Part shown: positions 28,667 to 41,839 of the stretch, in pieces | Layout: each line of letters opens with the position of its first letter | Numbering within the stretch: the first letter of the stretch is position 1 | Source of the DNA: Octopus vulgaris | Taxonomy: Eukaryota | Assembly: GCA_951406725.2 (NCBI GenBank) | Contig: OX597828.1 | Span: 34,286,001-34,350,000, forward strand | DNA length: 64,000 nt | Reading direction: 5' to 3' | Notes under the pieces: model-generated | The model's input: only the letters and a program-made list of their open reading frames with translations | What the model was told of the DNA's origin: nothing | Database searches by the model: none | Program-made: the position numbers and the translations under genes

Positions 28667-29445
28667 CTTCCTTCCTTCCTTCCATCCTTCCTTCCTTTCA
28701 TTCTTTCATTCTTCCTTCATTCCTTCCTTTCTTTCTTTCTTTCTTTCTTTCTTCCTTCCTTCCTTCCTTCCTTCCTTACTTCCTTTCTTTCTTTCTTTCT
28801 TTCTTTCTTTCCTTCTTTCTTCCTTCCTTCCTATCTTCCTTCCTTCCTTCCTTTCTTTCTTTCTTTCTTTCTTCCTTCCGTCCTTTCTTTCTTTCTTCCT
28901 TCCTTCATTCCTTTCTTTCTTTCTTCCTTCCGTCCTTCCTTCCTTCCTTTCTTTCTCTCTTTCTTTCTTTCTTTCTTCCTTCCTTCCTTTTTTTTTCCTT
29001 CCTTTCTTTCTTTCTTTCTTTCTTTCTGTCTTCCATCCTTCCTTCCTTCCTTTCTTTCTTTATTTCATTCTTTCTTCCTTCCTTCCTTCCTTCCGTCCTT
29101 CCTTCCTTCCGTCCTTCCTTTCTTTCTATCTTTCTTTCTTCCTTCCTTCCTTCCTTCCTTCCTTCCTTTCTTTCTTTCTTTCTTTCCTCCTTCCTTCCTT
29201 CCTTTCTTCCATTCTTTCTTCTTTCCGTCCTTCCTTCCTACAATTCTTTCTTTCTTTCTTTATTCCTTCCTTCCTTCCTTCCTTTCTTCCTTCCTTCCTT
29301 TCTTTCTTTCTTTCTTTCTTCCTTCTTTCCATCCTTCCTTCCTTCCTTTCTTTCTTCCTTCCTTCCTTCATTCCTTCCTTTCTTTCTTTCTTCCTTCCTT
29401 CCTTTCTTCCTCCCTTCCTTTCTTCCTTCCTTCCTTCCTTCCTTC

Positions 29446-29486
<41 letters not shown>

Positions 29487-29649
29487 TTCCTTCCTATCTT
29501 CCTTCCTTCGTTTCTTTCTTTCTTTCTTCCTTCCTTCCTTTCTTTCTTTCTTTCTTTCTTTCTTCCTTCGTTCCTTTCTTTCTTCCTTCCTCTCTTTCTC
29601 CCTTTCTTTCTTTCTTTCTTTCTTCCTTCCTTCCTTTTTTCCTTCCTTC

Positions 29650-29682
<33 letters not shown>

Positions 29683-29769
29683 TTCCTTCCTTCCTTCCTT
29701 TCTTTCTTTATTTCATTCTTTCTTCCTTCCTTCCTTCCTTCCTTCCTTCCTTCCTTCCTTCCTTCCTTC

Positions 29770-29802
<33 letters not shown>

Positions 29803-30007
29803 TTCCTTCCTTCCTTCCATCCTTCCTTTCATTCTTTATTTCTTACTTTCTTCCTTCCTTCCTTCCTTCCTTCCTTCCTTCCTCCTTTCTTTCTTTCTTT
29901 CTTTCTTCCTACCTTTCTTTCTTTCTTTCTTTCTTTCTTCCTTCCTTCCTTCATTTCTTTCCTTCTTTCTTTCTTCCTTCGTTCCTTCGTTCCTTCGTTC
30001 CTTCTTT

Positions 30008-30053
<46 letters not shown>

Positions 30054-30233
30054 TTCCTTCCTTCCATTCTTTCTTTTTTCTTCCTTCGTTCCTTTCTTTC
30101 TTTCTTCCTTCCTTCCTTCCTTCTTTCTTTTCTTTCTTTGTTTCTTCATTCCTTCCTTCCTTTCTACCTTTCTTTCTTTCTTTCTTTCTTTCATCCTTTC
30201 TTCCTTCCTTCCTTCCTTTCTCTTCCTTCCTTC

Positions 30234-30267
<34 letters not shown>

Positions 30268-30425
30268 ATCTTCCTTCCTTCCTTCCTTTCTTTCTTTCTA
30301 CCTTTCTTTCTTCCTTCCTTCCTTTCTTTCTTACTTTCTTTCTTCCTTCCTTCCTTCCTTCCTTTCTTTCTTTCTTTCTTTCTTTCTACTATCCTTCCTT
30401 CCTTTCTTCTTTCCTTCCTTCCTTC

Positions 30426-30466
<41 letters not shown>

Positions 30467-30685
30467 TTCCTTCCTTCCTTCTTTCCTCCTTCCTCCCTTC
30501 CTTCCTTCCTTCCTTTCTTTCTTTCTTTCTTTCTTCCTTCCTTCCTTTCTTTCGTTCTTCCTTCCTTCATTCCTTCCTTCCATCCTTCCTTTCTTTCTTT
30601 CTTTCCTTCCTTTCTGTCTTTCTTTCTTTCTTTCTTTCTTTCTTCCTTCCTTTCTTTCTTCCTTCCTTCCTTTCTTCCTTCCTTC

Positions 30686-30716
<31 letters not shown>

Positions 30717-30973
30717 CCTTCCATCCATCCTTCCTTCCTTCCTTCCTTTCTTCCTTCCTTCCATCCTTCCGTCCTTCCTTTCTTTCATTCATTCTGTCTT
30801 TCTTCCTTCATTCCTTCCTTTCTTTCTTTCTTTCTTCCTTCCTTCCTTCCTTCCTTCCTTCCTTCCTTCCTCCCTTCCTTTCTTTCTTCCTTCCTTACTT
30901 CCTTTCTTTCTTTCTTTCTTTCTTCCTTCCTTCCTTCCTTTCTTTCTTCCTTCCTTTCTTTCTTCCTTCCTTC

Positions 30974-31018
<45 letters not shown>

Positions 31019-31317
31019 TTCCTTCCATCCTTCCTTCCTTTCTTTCTTCCTTCCTTCCATCCTTCCTTCCTTCCTTTCTTTCTTTCATTCTTTCTTTCTT
31101 CCTTCATTTCTTTCTTTCTTTCTTTCTTCCTTCCTTCCTTCCTTCATTCCTCCCTTCCTTTCTTCCTTCCTTCCTTACTTCCTTTCTTTCTTTCTTTCTT
31201 TCTTCCTTCCTTCCTATCTTCCTTCCTTCCTTTCTTTCTTTCTTTCTTTCTTCCTTCCGTCCTTTCTTTCTTTCTTTCTTTCTTCCTTCCTTCCTTCCTT
31301 TCTTTCTTCCTTCCTTC

Positions 31318-31350
<33 letters not shown>

Positions 31351-31369
31351 TTCCTTCCTTCCTTCCTTC

Positions 31370-31418
<49 letters not shown>

Positions 31419-31808
31419 TTCCTTCCTTCCTTTCTTTCTTTATTTCATTCTTTCTTCCTTCCTTCCTTCCTTCCTTCCTTCCTTCCTTCCTTCCTTCCTT
31501 CCTTCCTTCCTTCCTTTCTTTCTTTCTTTCTTCCTTCCTTCCTTCCTTCCTTCCTTTCTTTCTTTCTTTCTTTCTTCCTTCCTTCCTTCCTTTCTTCCAT
31601 TCTTTCTTCCTTCCGTCCTTCCTTCCTACAATTCTTTCTTTCTTTCTTTCTTTCTTTATTCCTTCCTTCCTTCCTTCCTTTCTTCCTTCCTTCCCTCTTT
31701 CCTTTCTTTCTTTCTTTCTTCCTTCCTTCCTTCCTTTCTCTCTTTCTTTCTTCCTTCTTCCTTTCTTTCTTTCTTTCTTTCATTCTTTCTTTCTTCCTTC
31801 CTTCCTTC

Positions 31809-31841
<33 letters not shown>

Positions 31842-32096
31842 TTCCTTCCTTTCTTCCTTCCTTCCTTCTTTCCTTCCTTTCTTCCTTCCTTCCTTCCTTC
31901 CTCCCATCCTTCCTTCCTTCCTTCCTTTCTTTCTTTCTTTCTTTCTTTCTTCCTTCCTTTCTTTCTTTCTGTCTTTCTTTTTTCTTTCCTTCCTTCCCTC
32001 CTTTCTTCTTTCCTTCCTTCCTTCCTTTCTTCATTCTTTCCTTCCTTACTACCCTTCTTTCTTTCTTTCTTTCTCTCTTTCTTCCTTCCTTCCTTC

Positions 32097-32137
<41 letters not shown>

Positions 32138-32180
32138 TTCATTCCTTCCTTTCCTCCTTCCTCCCTACCTTCCTTACTTC

Positions 32181-32213
<33 letters not shown>

Positions 32214-32868
32214 TTTCTTTCTTCCTTCCTTCCTTCCTTCCTTCCATCCTTCCTTTCTTTCTTCCTTCCTTTCTTTCTTTCTTTCTTTCTTCCTTCCTTC
32301 CTTCCTTCCTTTCTTTTTTCCTTCCTTCCTTCCTTCCTTCCTTTATTCCTTCCTTCCTATCTTTCTTTCTTTCTTTTTTTCTTTCTCTCTTCCTTCCTTC
32401 CTTTCTTTCTTTCTTTCATTCTTTCTTTCTTCCTTCCTTCCTTCCTTTCTTTCTGTCTTTCTTTCTTTCTTTTTTTCTTCCTTCCTTCCTTCCTTCCTTT
32501 CTTTCTTTCTTCCTTCCTTCCTTACTCTCCTCCTTTCTTTCTTTCTTTCTGTCTTTCTTCCTTCCTTCCTTCCTTCCTTCCTTCCTTCCTTCCTTTCTTT
32601 CTTTCTTTCTTTCTTTCTTCCTTCCTTCCTTCCTTCCTTTCTTTCTTTCTTTCTTCCTTACTTCCTTCCTATCGTTCTTCCTTCCTTCGTTTATTTCTCT
32701 CTTTCTTTCTTTCGTTCTTCCTTCCTTCCTTTCTTCCTTCCTTCCTTTTTTTCTTTCTTTCTTTCTTTCTTCCTTCCTTCCTTCCTTCCTTCCTTCCTTT
32801 CTTTCTTTATTTCATTCCTTCTTCCTTCCTTCCTTCCTTCCGTCCTTCCTTCCTTCCTTCCTTCCTTC

Positions 32869-32901
<33 letters not shown>

Positions 32902-32916
32902 TTCCTTCCTTCCTTC

Positions 32917-32952
<36 letters not shown>

Positions 32953-33012
32953 GTTCCCTCGTTCTTTCCTTCCTTTCTTTCTTTCTTCCTTCCTTCCTTC
33001 CTTCCTTCCTTC

Positions 33013-33043
<31 letters not shown>

Positions 33044-33284
33044 CGTTCCTTCGTTCCTTCCTTCGTTCCTTCGTTCCTTTCTTGCTTCCTTCCTTCCTGT
33101 CTTTCTTTCTTTCATTCTTTCTTTCTTCCTTCCTTCCTTCCTTCCTTCCTTCCTTTCTTTCTTTCTTTCTTTCTTTCTTCCTTCCTTCCTTCCTTTCTTT
33201 CTTTCCTTCTTTCTTTCTTCCTTCCTTCCTTCCTTCCTTCCTTCGTTTCTTTCTTTCTTTCTTTTTTCCTTCCTTCCTTCCTTC

Positions 33285-33317
<33 letters not shown>

Positions 33318-33324
33318 TTCCTTC

Positions 33325-33361
<37 letters not shown>

Positions 33362-33452
33362 TTCCTTTCTTCCTTCCGTCCTTCCTTCCTTTCTTTCTTT
33401 CTTTCTTCCTTCCTTCCTTCCTTTCTTTCTTTCTTTCTTCCTTCCTTCCTTC

Positions 33453-33509
<57 letters not shown>

Positions 33510-33667
33510 TTCCTTCCTTCCTTCCTTCCTTCCTTCCTTTCTTTCTTTCTTTCTTTCCTTCTTTCTTTCTTCGTTCCTTCCTTCCTTCCTTCCTTCCTTT
33601 CTTTCTTTCTTTCTTTCTTTCTTCCTTCCTACCTTCCTTCCTTTCTTTCTTTCTTTCTTTCTTTCTT
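4496..33667. repeat. ~29-kb polypyrimidine (TTTC)n/(TTCC)n satellite with kb-scale higher-order duplications
   Basis: The + strand is almost only T and C in interleaved TTTC and TTCC runs. Rare purine-containing variants recur in a fixed order. Confidence 0.98.
15045..15144. other. Assembly gap (~100 N)
   Basis: Run of N inside the satellite, so the true array length is unknown. Confidence 0.99.
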
Positions 33668-33689
33668 GGTGTGCTTACGTCCCTATTTC

Positions 33690-33827
33690 GGTAGAAAAAA
33701 ACCCCGATAGAATAAGTTCCAGCCCTTTTAAAAATCTGATAGGTACTGGGGTAGATTCGTTCGGTTAAAAATTCTTCAAGGCAGTGCCCCAGCATGGCCA
33801 CAGTCTAATGACTGAAATAAGTAAAAA
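33690..33827 (+). mobile_element. Degenerate 3' half of SINE family A
   Basis: CCGATAGAATAAGT ... CCAGCATGGCCACAGTC..ATGACTGAAA matches the 3' part of the full copies at 34232 and 49512. Confidence 0.7.
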
Positions 33828-33854
33828 AAATACCCTGACATATCTTGGAATTAA

Positions 33855-33883
33855 GAGAGAGAGAGAGGGAGATTGAGAGAGAA

Positions 33884-33925
<42 letters not shown>
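33855..33925. repeat. (GA)n microsatellite
   Basis: Direct reading. Confidence 0.95.
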
Positions 33926-33928
<3 letters not shown>

Positions 33929-34178
33929 AGTCTATGGAACATGGTGCTTGTGAATCATAAGACCCACAAAAAATGTCTGAACAGAGAGTGCAGAGACGGG
34001 ACTAAAGTTGCTGCCCAAATACAGTTTATTTCAGATTAGATACAAACCTTGGCCCTTTATAGAGCAGGAAACAGGATGTTGTGATGGGAATGCCTTTCAT
34101 GAGGATTGTTGCTGTGTCCGTGAATTTATCTGGTTGTAACATGAGATTGAAACAGCATTGCACTGTCGACTTGGTATA

Positions 34179-34708
34179 CAAGGGGTGTATGAATAGTCTT
34201 GAACCTCAAAAATCAAAACAAAAACAAAAAACAGGAGTGGCTATGTGGTAAGTAGCTTGCTTACCAACAACATGGTTCCGGGTTCATTCCCACTGCGTGG
34301 CACCTTGGGCAAGTGTCTTCTACTATAGCCTCGGGCCCACCAAAGCCTTGTGAGTGGATTTGGTAGACAGAAACTGAAAGAAGCCCGTCGTATATATGTA
34401 TATATGTATGTGTGTTTATGTGTTTGTGTTTGTACCCCTAACATCGCTTGACAACCGATGGTGGTGTGTTTGCGTCCCGTAACTTAGCGGTTCGGCAAAA
34501 GAGACCGATAGAATAAGTACTACGCTTACAAAGAATAAGTCCTGGGGTCGATTTGCTCGACTAAAAAGGCGGTGCTCCAGCATGGCCACAGTCAAATGAA
34601 ACTGAAACAATTAAAAGAGTAAAAGAGAAAAGTGAATTGTACAAGACTTCTGATGAAGGTACAAGAATCAAAGGCCTTGCAGGCTCAAAATTTCTCATAC
34701 ACCCCTCG
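34179..34708. mobile_element. Mariner-type MITE remnant interrupted by a SINE
   Basis: 28-bp terminal inverted repeats: CAAGGGGTGTATGAATAGTCTTGAACCT versus the reverse complement of 34681-34708, CGAGGGGTGTATGAGAAATTTTGAGCCT (22/28). The left TIR is preceded by TA. Confidence 0.65.
34232..34628 (+). mobile_element. tRNA-derived SINE family A, full length
   Basis: Box A TGGCTATGTGG, box B GGTTCATTCCC, CORE-like ACCTTGGGCAAGT, internal (TA)/(TG) run and AAAAGAGT tail. Near-identical copies occur elsewhere in the window. Confidence 0.92.
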
Positions 34709-35351
34709 AATCTTTGCTTCGTACCTTTTGTATCTTATTTTCTTTCATTAAAATATCTTACATAGACTGGTGTTTCGCAGTATATTTAGAAAAAAGAGCT
34801 TCAATGAGTTAAGTGGTTTGAATCCCCTCAGGGTATTTTTTTCCAGATGTTTATTTTTATACTGACCTCGAAAATCTGATATACAGAGTAAACCACGGTT
34901 TGATTTGAACTTAGGACGTAAACAATACCAATTCTATCACTTCCTTACACTTACTGCTGTGACCAAAGAAGTCAATCTATAAAAACCCTTGACTCAGGGG
35001 GGTCGTAGGTGAATAACAGAGACATAACCTCATCCTTCTACTTTTCCTGGCCATCAGCTAAGCTTACTTTTGCCCCATCTTTCCTCTCTGTCAAGTCGTT
35101 GACTATATTCAAGTACTTTACTTCTCCTTGTCATCCGGTTCAATAGCGTAGGCAGAGGACCGTTCCTAGTGAAGGTTTTATGGGTCTACCGTATAAGCCT
35201 GTATAGACTTGACTATAAAATGTTTTGGCATTGCCGTGTGGGCGCCGGTGATTTCTATGACATAAAAGGTTTTAACGTTTCTTTTCTGCTCCCTCTTTCA
35301 AACTTTTATGTGTGTACAGGGAGAAGGAAAGTGGTTATGTCAATCATGTAC

Positions 35352-35505
35352 GGGCGTGGTTGCGTGCGAAGAAGCCTGCTTCTCAACCAAATGGTTCCAG
35401 GTTCAGTCACATTGCATGGAAACTTGGGCATGTGTCTTCTACTATAGTATTGGGGCGACCAAAGCCTTGTGAGTGGATTTTGCAGACGAAAACTGAAAGA
35501 AGGCC
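35352..35505 (+). mobile_element. Diverged 5' half of SINE family A, directly upstream of the minisatellite
   Basis: ATGGTTCCAGGTTCAGTC...CTTGGGCATGTGTCTTCTACTATAG...AAGCCTTGTGAGTGGATTT. Confidence 0.85.
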
Positions 35506-35525
35506 ACACCACACGTGTGTCCTCT

Positions 35526-38500
35526 AAATCAACTGTCCACAAGTAAAAATTCGATCAACTGTCCACTAGGGTAAATTAGATCAACTGTCCACGAGCGCAA
35601 ATTTCATAACCTGCATATGAGCGCAAATTGGACCAACTGTCCAATATGCAACTTCGATCAACTGTCCACTAGCACGAATTCGATAAACTGCCCACAAGGG
35701 CAAATTGTATCAACTCTTCAATAGCGCAAATTGGATCAACTGTCCACTGGTGTAAATTCGATCAATTGCCAACTGGTACAAATTCGATCAACGGTCCACT
35801 AGCGCAAATTCGATCAATTGTCCACTGGTGTAAATTCGATCAAATGTCCAGTTGTGTAAATTCAATCCACTAGCGAAAATTCGATCAACTGTCCACTGGT
35901 GTAAATTCGATCAACTGTCCACTTGTGTAAATTCGATCAACTATCCACTTGTGTAAAATTGTATCAACTCTTCAATAGCAAAAATTCAACCAACTGTCCA
36001 CTAGCGCAAATTCGATCAACTGTCCACTAGCAAAAATTCAATCAACTGTCCACTAGCGAAAATTCGATCAACTGACCACTGGTGTAAATTCGATCAACTG
36101 TCGACTTGTGTAAATTCGATCAACTGTCCACTAGCGCAAATTCGATCAACTGTCCACTTGTGTAAATTCGATCAACTGTCCATTTTTGCAAATTCGATCA
36201 AATGTCAACTAGCGAAAATACGATTAACTTTCAACTGGTGTAAATTCGATCAACTGTCCACTAGCAAAAATTCGATCAACTGTCCACTGGTGTAAATTCG
36301 ATCAACTGTCCACAAGTGAAAATTCGATCAACTGTCCACTAGTGAAAATTCGATCAACAGTCCACTAGCGCAAATTCGATCAAGTGTCCACTTGTGTAAA
36401 TTCGATCAACTGTCCACTAGCAACAATTTGGTCACCTGTCCACTTTTGCCAATTCGATCAACTGTCCACTTTTGCAACTACGATCAACTGTCCACTAGCA
36501 AAAATTCGATCAACTGTCCACTAGCGAAAATTCGATCAACTGTCCACTGGTGTAAATTCAATCAACTGTCCACCAGTGAAAATACGATCAATTGTTTACT
36601 TGTGCAAATTCGATCAATTGTACACTTGTGTAAATTCGATCAACTGTCCACTTGTGTAAATTCGATCAACTGCCCACTGGTGTAAGTTCGATCAATAGTC
36701 TACTTGTGTAAATTAGATCCACTAGCGAAAATTCTATCAACTGTCCACGAGTGAAAATTCGATCAACTGTCCACTAGCAAAAATTCGATCAACTGTCCAC
36801 TAGTGATAATTCGATCAACTGGCCACTAGTGTAAATTCGATCAACTGTCCACTAGCAAAAATTCAATCAACTGTCTACTAGTGTAAATTCGATCAACTGT
36901 CCACTTGCGCAAATTCGATCAACTGTCCACTTGTGAAAATTCGATCAACTGTCCACTAGCAAAAATTCGATCAACTGTTCACTAGCACAAATTCGATCAA
37001 CTGTCCACTAGTGAAAATTCGATCAACTGTCCACTAGCAAAATTTCGATCAACTGTCCACTTGTGTAAATTCGATAAACTATCAACTGGTGGAAATTCGA
37101 TCAACTGACCACTAGCTAAAATTCGATCAACTGTCCACTAGCGAAAATTCGATCAACTCTCCACTGGTGTAAATTCGATCAACTGTCCACTAGTGAAAAT
37201 TCGATCAACTGTCCACTAGCAAAAATTCGATCAACTGTCCACTAGTGAAAATTCGATCAACTGGCCACTAGTGTAAATTCAATCAACTGTCCACTAGCAA
37301 AAATTCAATCAACTGTCCACTAGTGTAAATTCGATCAACTGTCCACTTGCGCAAATTCGATCAACTGTCCACTTATGTAAATTCGATCAACTGTCCACTA
37401 GCACAAATTCGATCAACTGTTCACTAGCACAAATTCGATCAACTGTCCACTTGTGTAAATTCGATCAACTGTCCACTAGCAAAATTTCGGTCAACTGTCC
37501 ACCTGCGAAAATTCGATCAACTGTCCATAAGCGCAAATTCGATCAACTGTCCACTGGTGTAAGTTCGATCAACTGTCCACTAGCGAAAATTCGATCAACT
37601 GTCCACTAGCGAAAATTCGATCAACTGTCCACGTGTGTAAATTCGATCAACTGTCCACTAGCGCAAATTCAATCAACTCCCCACTCGCGCAAATTCGATC
37701 AACTGTCCACTAGTGAAAATTCGATCAACTGGTGTAAATTCGATCAACTCTCCACTTGTGTAAATTCGATCAACTGTCCACTAGCCCAAATTCGATCAAC
37801 TGTCCATTTGTGTAAATTCGATCAACTGTCCACTAGCAAAATTTCGGTCAACTGTCCACTAGCGAAAATTCGATCAACTGTCCACTAGCGCAAATTCGAT
37901 CAACTGTTCACTAGTGACAATTCGATCAACTGTCCACTGGTGTAAATTGGATCAACTGTCCACTTGTGTAAATACGATCAACTGTCCACTAGTGAAAATT
38001 CGATCAATTGTCCACTGGTGTAAATTCGATCAACTGTCCACTTGTCTAAATTCGATCAACTGTCCACTTGTGTAAATTCGATCAACTGTCCAATAGCAAA
38101 ATTTCGGTCAACTGTCCACTAGCGAAAATTCGATCAACTGTCCACTAGCGCAAATTCGATCAACTGTCCACAAGCAAAAATTCGATCAACTGTCCACTAG
38201 CGCAAATTCGATCAACTGTCCACTAGCAAAAATTCGATCAACTGTCCACGTGTGTAAATTCGATCAACTGTCCACTAGCGCAAATTCGATCAACTCTCCA
38301 CTAGCGCAAATTCGATCAACTGTCCACTAGTGAAAATTCGATCAACTGTCCACTAGCAAAAATTCGATCAACTGTCCACTAGTGAAAATTCGATCAACTG
38401 GTGTAAATTCGATCAATTCTCCACTTGTGTAAATTCGATCAACTGTCCACTAGCGCAAATTCGATCAACTGTCCATTTGTGTAAATTCGATCAACTGTCC

Positions 38501-41500
38501 ACTAGTGAAAATTCGATCAACTGTCCACTAGCAAAATTTCGGTCAACTGTCCACTAGCAAAAATTCGATCAACTGTCCACTAGTGACAATTCGATCAACT
38601 GTCCACTTGTGTAAATTCGATCAACTGTCCACTTGTGTAAATTCGATCAACTGTCCACTAACGCAAATTCGATCAACTGTCCACTTGTGTAAATTCGATC
38701 AACTGTCCACTAGTGAAAATTCGATCAACTGTCTACTAGCAAAATTTCGGTCAACTGTCCACTAGCGAAAATTCGATCAACTGTCCATTAGCGCAAATTC
38801 GATCAACTGTCCACTGGTGTAAGTTCGATCAACTGTCCACTAGCGAAAATTCGGTCAACTGTCCACTAGCGAAAATTCGATCAACTGTCCACGTGTGTAA
38901 ATTCGATCAACTGTCCACTAGCGCAAATTCGATCAACTCTCCACGGTGTAAATTCGATCAACTCTCCACTTGTGTAAATTCGATCAACTGTCCACTAGCC
39001 CAAATTCGATCAACTGTCCATTTGTGTAAATTCGATCAACTGTCCACTATTGAAAATTCGATCAACTGTCCAGTAGCAAAATTTCGGTCAACTGTCCACT
39101 AGCGAAAATTCGATCAACTGTCCACTAGCGGAAATTCGATCAACTGTCCACCAGTGATAATTCGATCAACTGTCCACTTGTGTAAATTCGATTAACTGTC
39201 CACTTGTGTAAATACGATCAACTGTCCACAAGTGAAAATTCGATCAACTGTCCACTAGTGAAAATTCGATCAACTGTCCACTGGTGTAAATTCGATCAAC
39301 TGTCCACTTGTGTAAATTGGATCAACTGTCCACTTGTGTAAATTCGATCAACTGCCCACTAGCAAAATTTTGGTCAACTGTTCACTAGCGAAAATTCGAT
39401 CAACTGTCCACTAGCGCAAATTCGATCAACTGTCCACTAGTGACAATTCGATCAACTGTCCACTAGTGAAAATTCGATCAACTGTCCACTAGTGAAAATT
39501 GATCAATTGTCCACTTGTGTAAATTCGATCAACTGTCCACTTGTGTAAATTCGATCAACTGTCCACTAGCGCAAATTCGATCAACTGTCCATTTGTGTAA
39601 ATTCGATCAACTGTCCACTAGTGAAAATTCGATCAACTGTCCACTAGCAAAATTTCGGTCAACTGTCCACTAGCAAAAATTCGATCAACTGTCCACTAGA
39701 GAAAATTCGATCAACTGTCCACTAGAGAAAATTCGATCAACTGTCCACTAGTGTAAATTCGATCAACTGTCCACTAACGCAAATTCGATCAACTGTCCAC
39801 TTGTGTAAATTCGATCAACTGTCCACTAGTGAAAATTCGATCAACTGTCTACTAGCAAAATTTCGTCAACTGTCCACTAGCGAAAATTCGATCAACTGTC
39901 CATAAGCGCAAATTCGATCAACTGTCCACTGGTGTAAGTTCGATCAACTGTCCACTAGCGCAAATTCGATCAACTCTCCACTAGCGCAAATTCGATCAAC
40001 TGTCCACTAGTGTAAATTCGATCAACTGTCCACTAGTGAACATTCGATCAACTGGTGTAAATTCGATCAACTCTCCACTTGTGTAAATTCGATCACTGTC
40101 CACTAGCCCAAATTCGATCAACTGTCCATTTGTGTAAATTCGATCAACTGTCCACTATTGAAAATTCGATCAACTGTCCAGTAGCAAAATTTCGGTCAAC
40201 TGTCCACTAGCGAAAATTCGATCAACTGTCCACTAGCGGAAATTCGATCAACTGTCCACCAGTGATAATTCGATCAACTGTCCACTTGTGTAAATTCGAT
40301 TAACTGTCCACTTGTGTAAATACGATCAACTGTCCACAAGTGAAAATTCGATCAACTGTCCACTAGTGAAAATTCGATCAATTGTCCACTGGTGTAAATT
40401 CGGTCAACTGTCCACTTGTGTAAATTGGATCAACTGTCCACTTGTGTAAATTCGATCAACTGCCCACTAGCAAAATTTTGGTCAACTGTTCACTAGCGAA
40501 AATTCGATCAACTGTCCACTAGCGCAAATTCGATCAACTGTCCACTAGTGACAATTCGATCAACTGTCCACTAGTGAAAATTCGATCAACTGTCCACTAG
40601 TGAAAATTCGATCAATTGTCCACTTGTGTAAATTCGATCAACTGTCCACTTGTGTAAATTCGATCAACTGTCCACTAGCGCAAATTCGATCAACTGTCCA
40701 CTTGTGTAAATTCGATCAACTGTCCACTAGTGAAAATTCGATCAACTATCCACTAGCAAAATTTCGGTCAACTGTCCACTACCGAAAATTCGATCAAATG
40801 TCCACGTGTGTAAATTCGATCAACTGCCCACTAGCGAAAATTCGATCAACTCTCCACTGGTGTAAATTCGATCAACTGTCCACCAGTGAAAATTCGATCA
40901 ACTGTCCACTACCAAAAATTCGATAAACTGTCCACTAGTGAAAATTCGGTCAATTGTCCATTGGTGTAAATTCGACCAACTGTCCACTAGCGAAAATTCG
41001 ATCAACTGTCCACTTGTGTAAATTCGATCAATTGTACACTAGCGCAAATTCGATCAACTGTCCACTTGTGTAAATTCGATCAACTGTCCACTTGTGAAAA
41101 TTCGATCAACTGTCCACTTGTGTAAATTCGATCAACTGTCCACTAGTGAAAATTCGATCAACTGTCCACTAGCAAAAATTCGATCAACCGTCCACTAGCA
41201 AAAATTCGATCAACTGTTGACTAGTGAAAATTCGATCAACTGTCCAGTAGCAAAAATTCGATCAACTGTCCACTAGTGTAAATTCGATCAACTGTCCACT
41301 TGTGTAAATTCGATCAACTGTCCACTAGCTAAAATTCGATCAACTGTCCACTGGTGTAAATTCGATCAACTGTCCATAAGCGCAAATTCGATCAACTGTC
41401 CATTGGTGTAAGTTCGATCAACTGTCCACTAGCGAAAATTCGATCAACTGTCCACTGGTGTAAATTCGATCAATTGTCCACTTGTGCAAATTCGATCAAC

Positions 41501-41819
41501 TGTCCACTCGTGCGAATTCGATCAACTGTCCGAGCGCGAAAATTCGATCAACTGTCCACTAGCAAAAATTCGATCATCTGCCCACTGGTGCAAATTTAAT
41601 ATACTGTCCACTAGCGAAAGTTCGATCAACTGTCCATTGGTGTAAATTGTATCAATTGTCCACTTGTGCAAATTTGATCAACTGTTCAACAGCGAAAATT
41701 CGATCAACTGTCCACTAGCGCAAATTCGATCAACTGTCTACTGCTGTAAATTTGATCAATTGTCCATTTGTGAAAATTCGATCAACTGTTCACTAGCGAA
41801 AATTTGATCAACAGTCCAC
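35526..41819 (+). repeat. 26-bp minisatellite, ~240 units, consensus AAATTCGATCAACTGTCCAC-T-(AGCGC/AGCGA/AGCAA/AGTGA/TGTGT/GGTGT)
   Basis: A 20-bp near-invariant core alternates with a 6-bp variable cassette. The edges are more diverged than the centre. Confidence 0.97.
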
Positions 41820-41839
41820 CGATGGACCTTCATTATGCT

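Noticed and set aside
4436-33801. Giant ORFs (9413, 8768 and 8542 aa of F/L/S/P) and many K/E/R/G ORFs on the minus strand
   Set aside because: Stop codons need both T and purines, so a pyrimidine-only strand (or its purine-only complement) is open by composition. The ORFs also run through an N gap.
33927-34141. Possible minus-strand solo LTR ending in GTAACA
   Set aside because: The other terminus and the TSD cannot be identified.
34640-34690. CTGATGA as a hammerhead core
   Set aside because: There is no properly placed GAAA or stems, and it lies inside the mariner MITE.
36392-40926. Cys-containing repeat ORFs (CKFDQLST...)
   Set aside because: The 26-bp unit is not a multiple of 3, TAG/TAA are frequent, and the ORFs are chance translations of the satellite.
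35526-41819. CRISPR-like look of constant repeat plus variable spacer
   Set aside because: The spacers are only 6 bp and come from a few recurring words. There are no cas genes and the context is eukaryotic.
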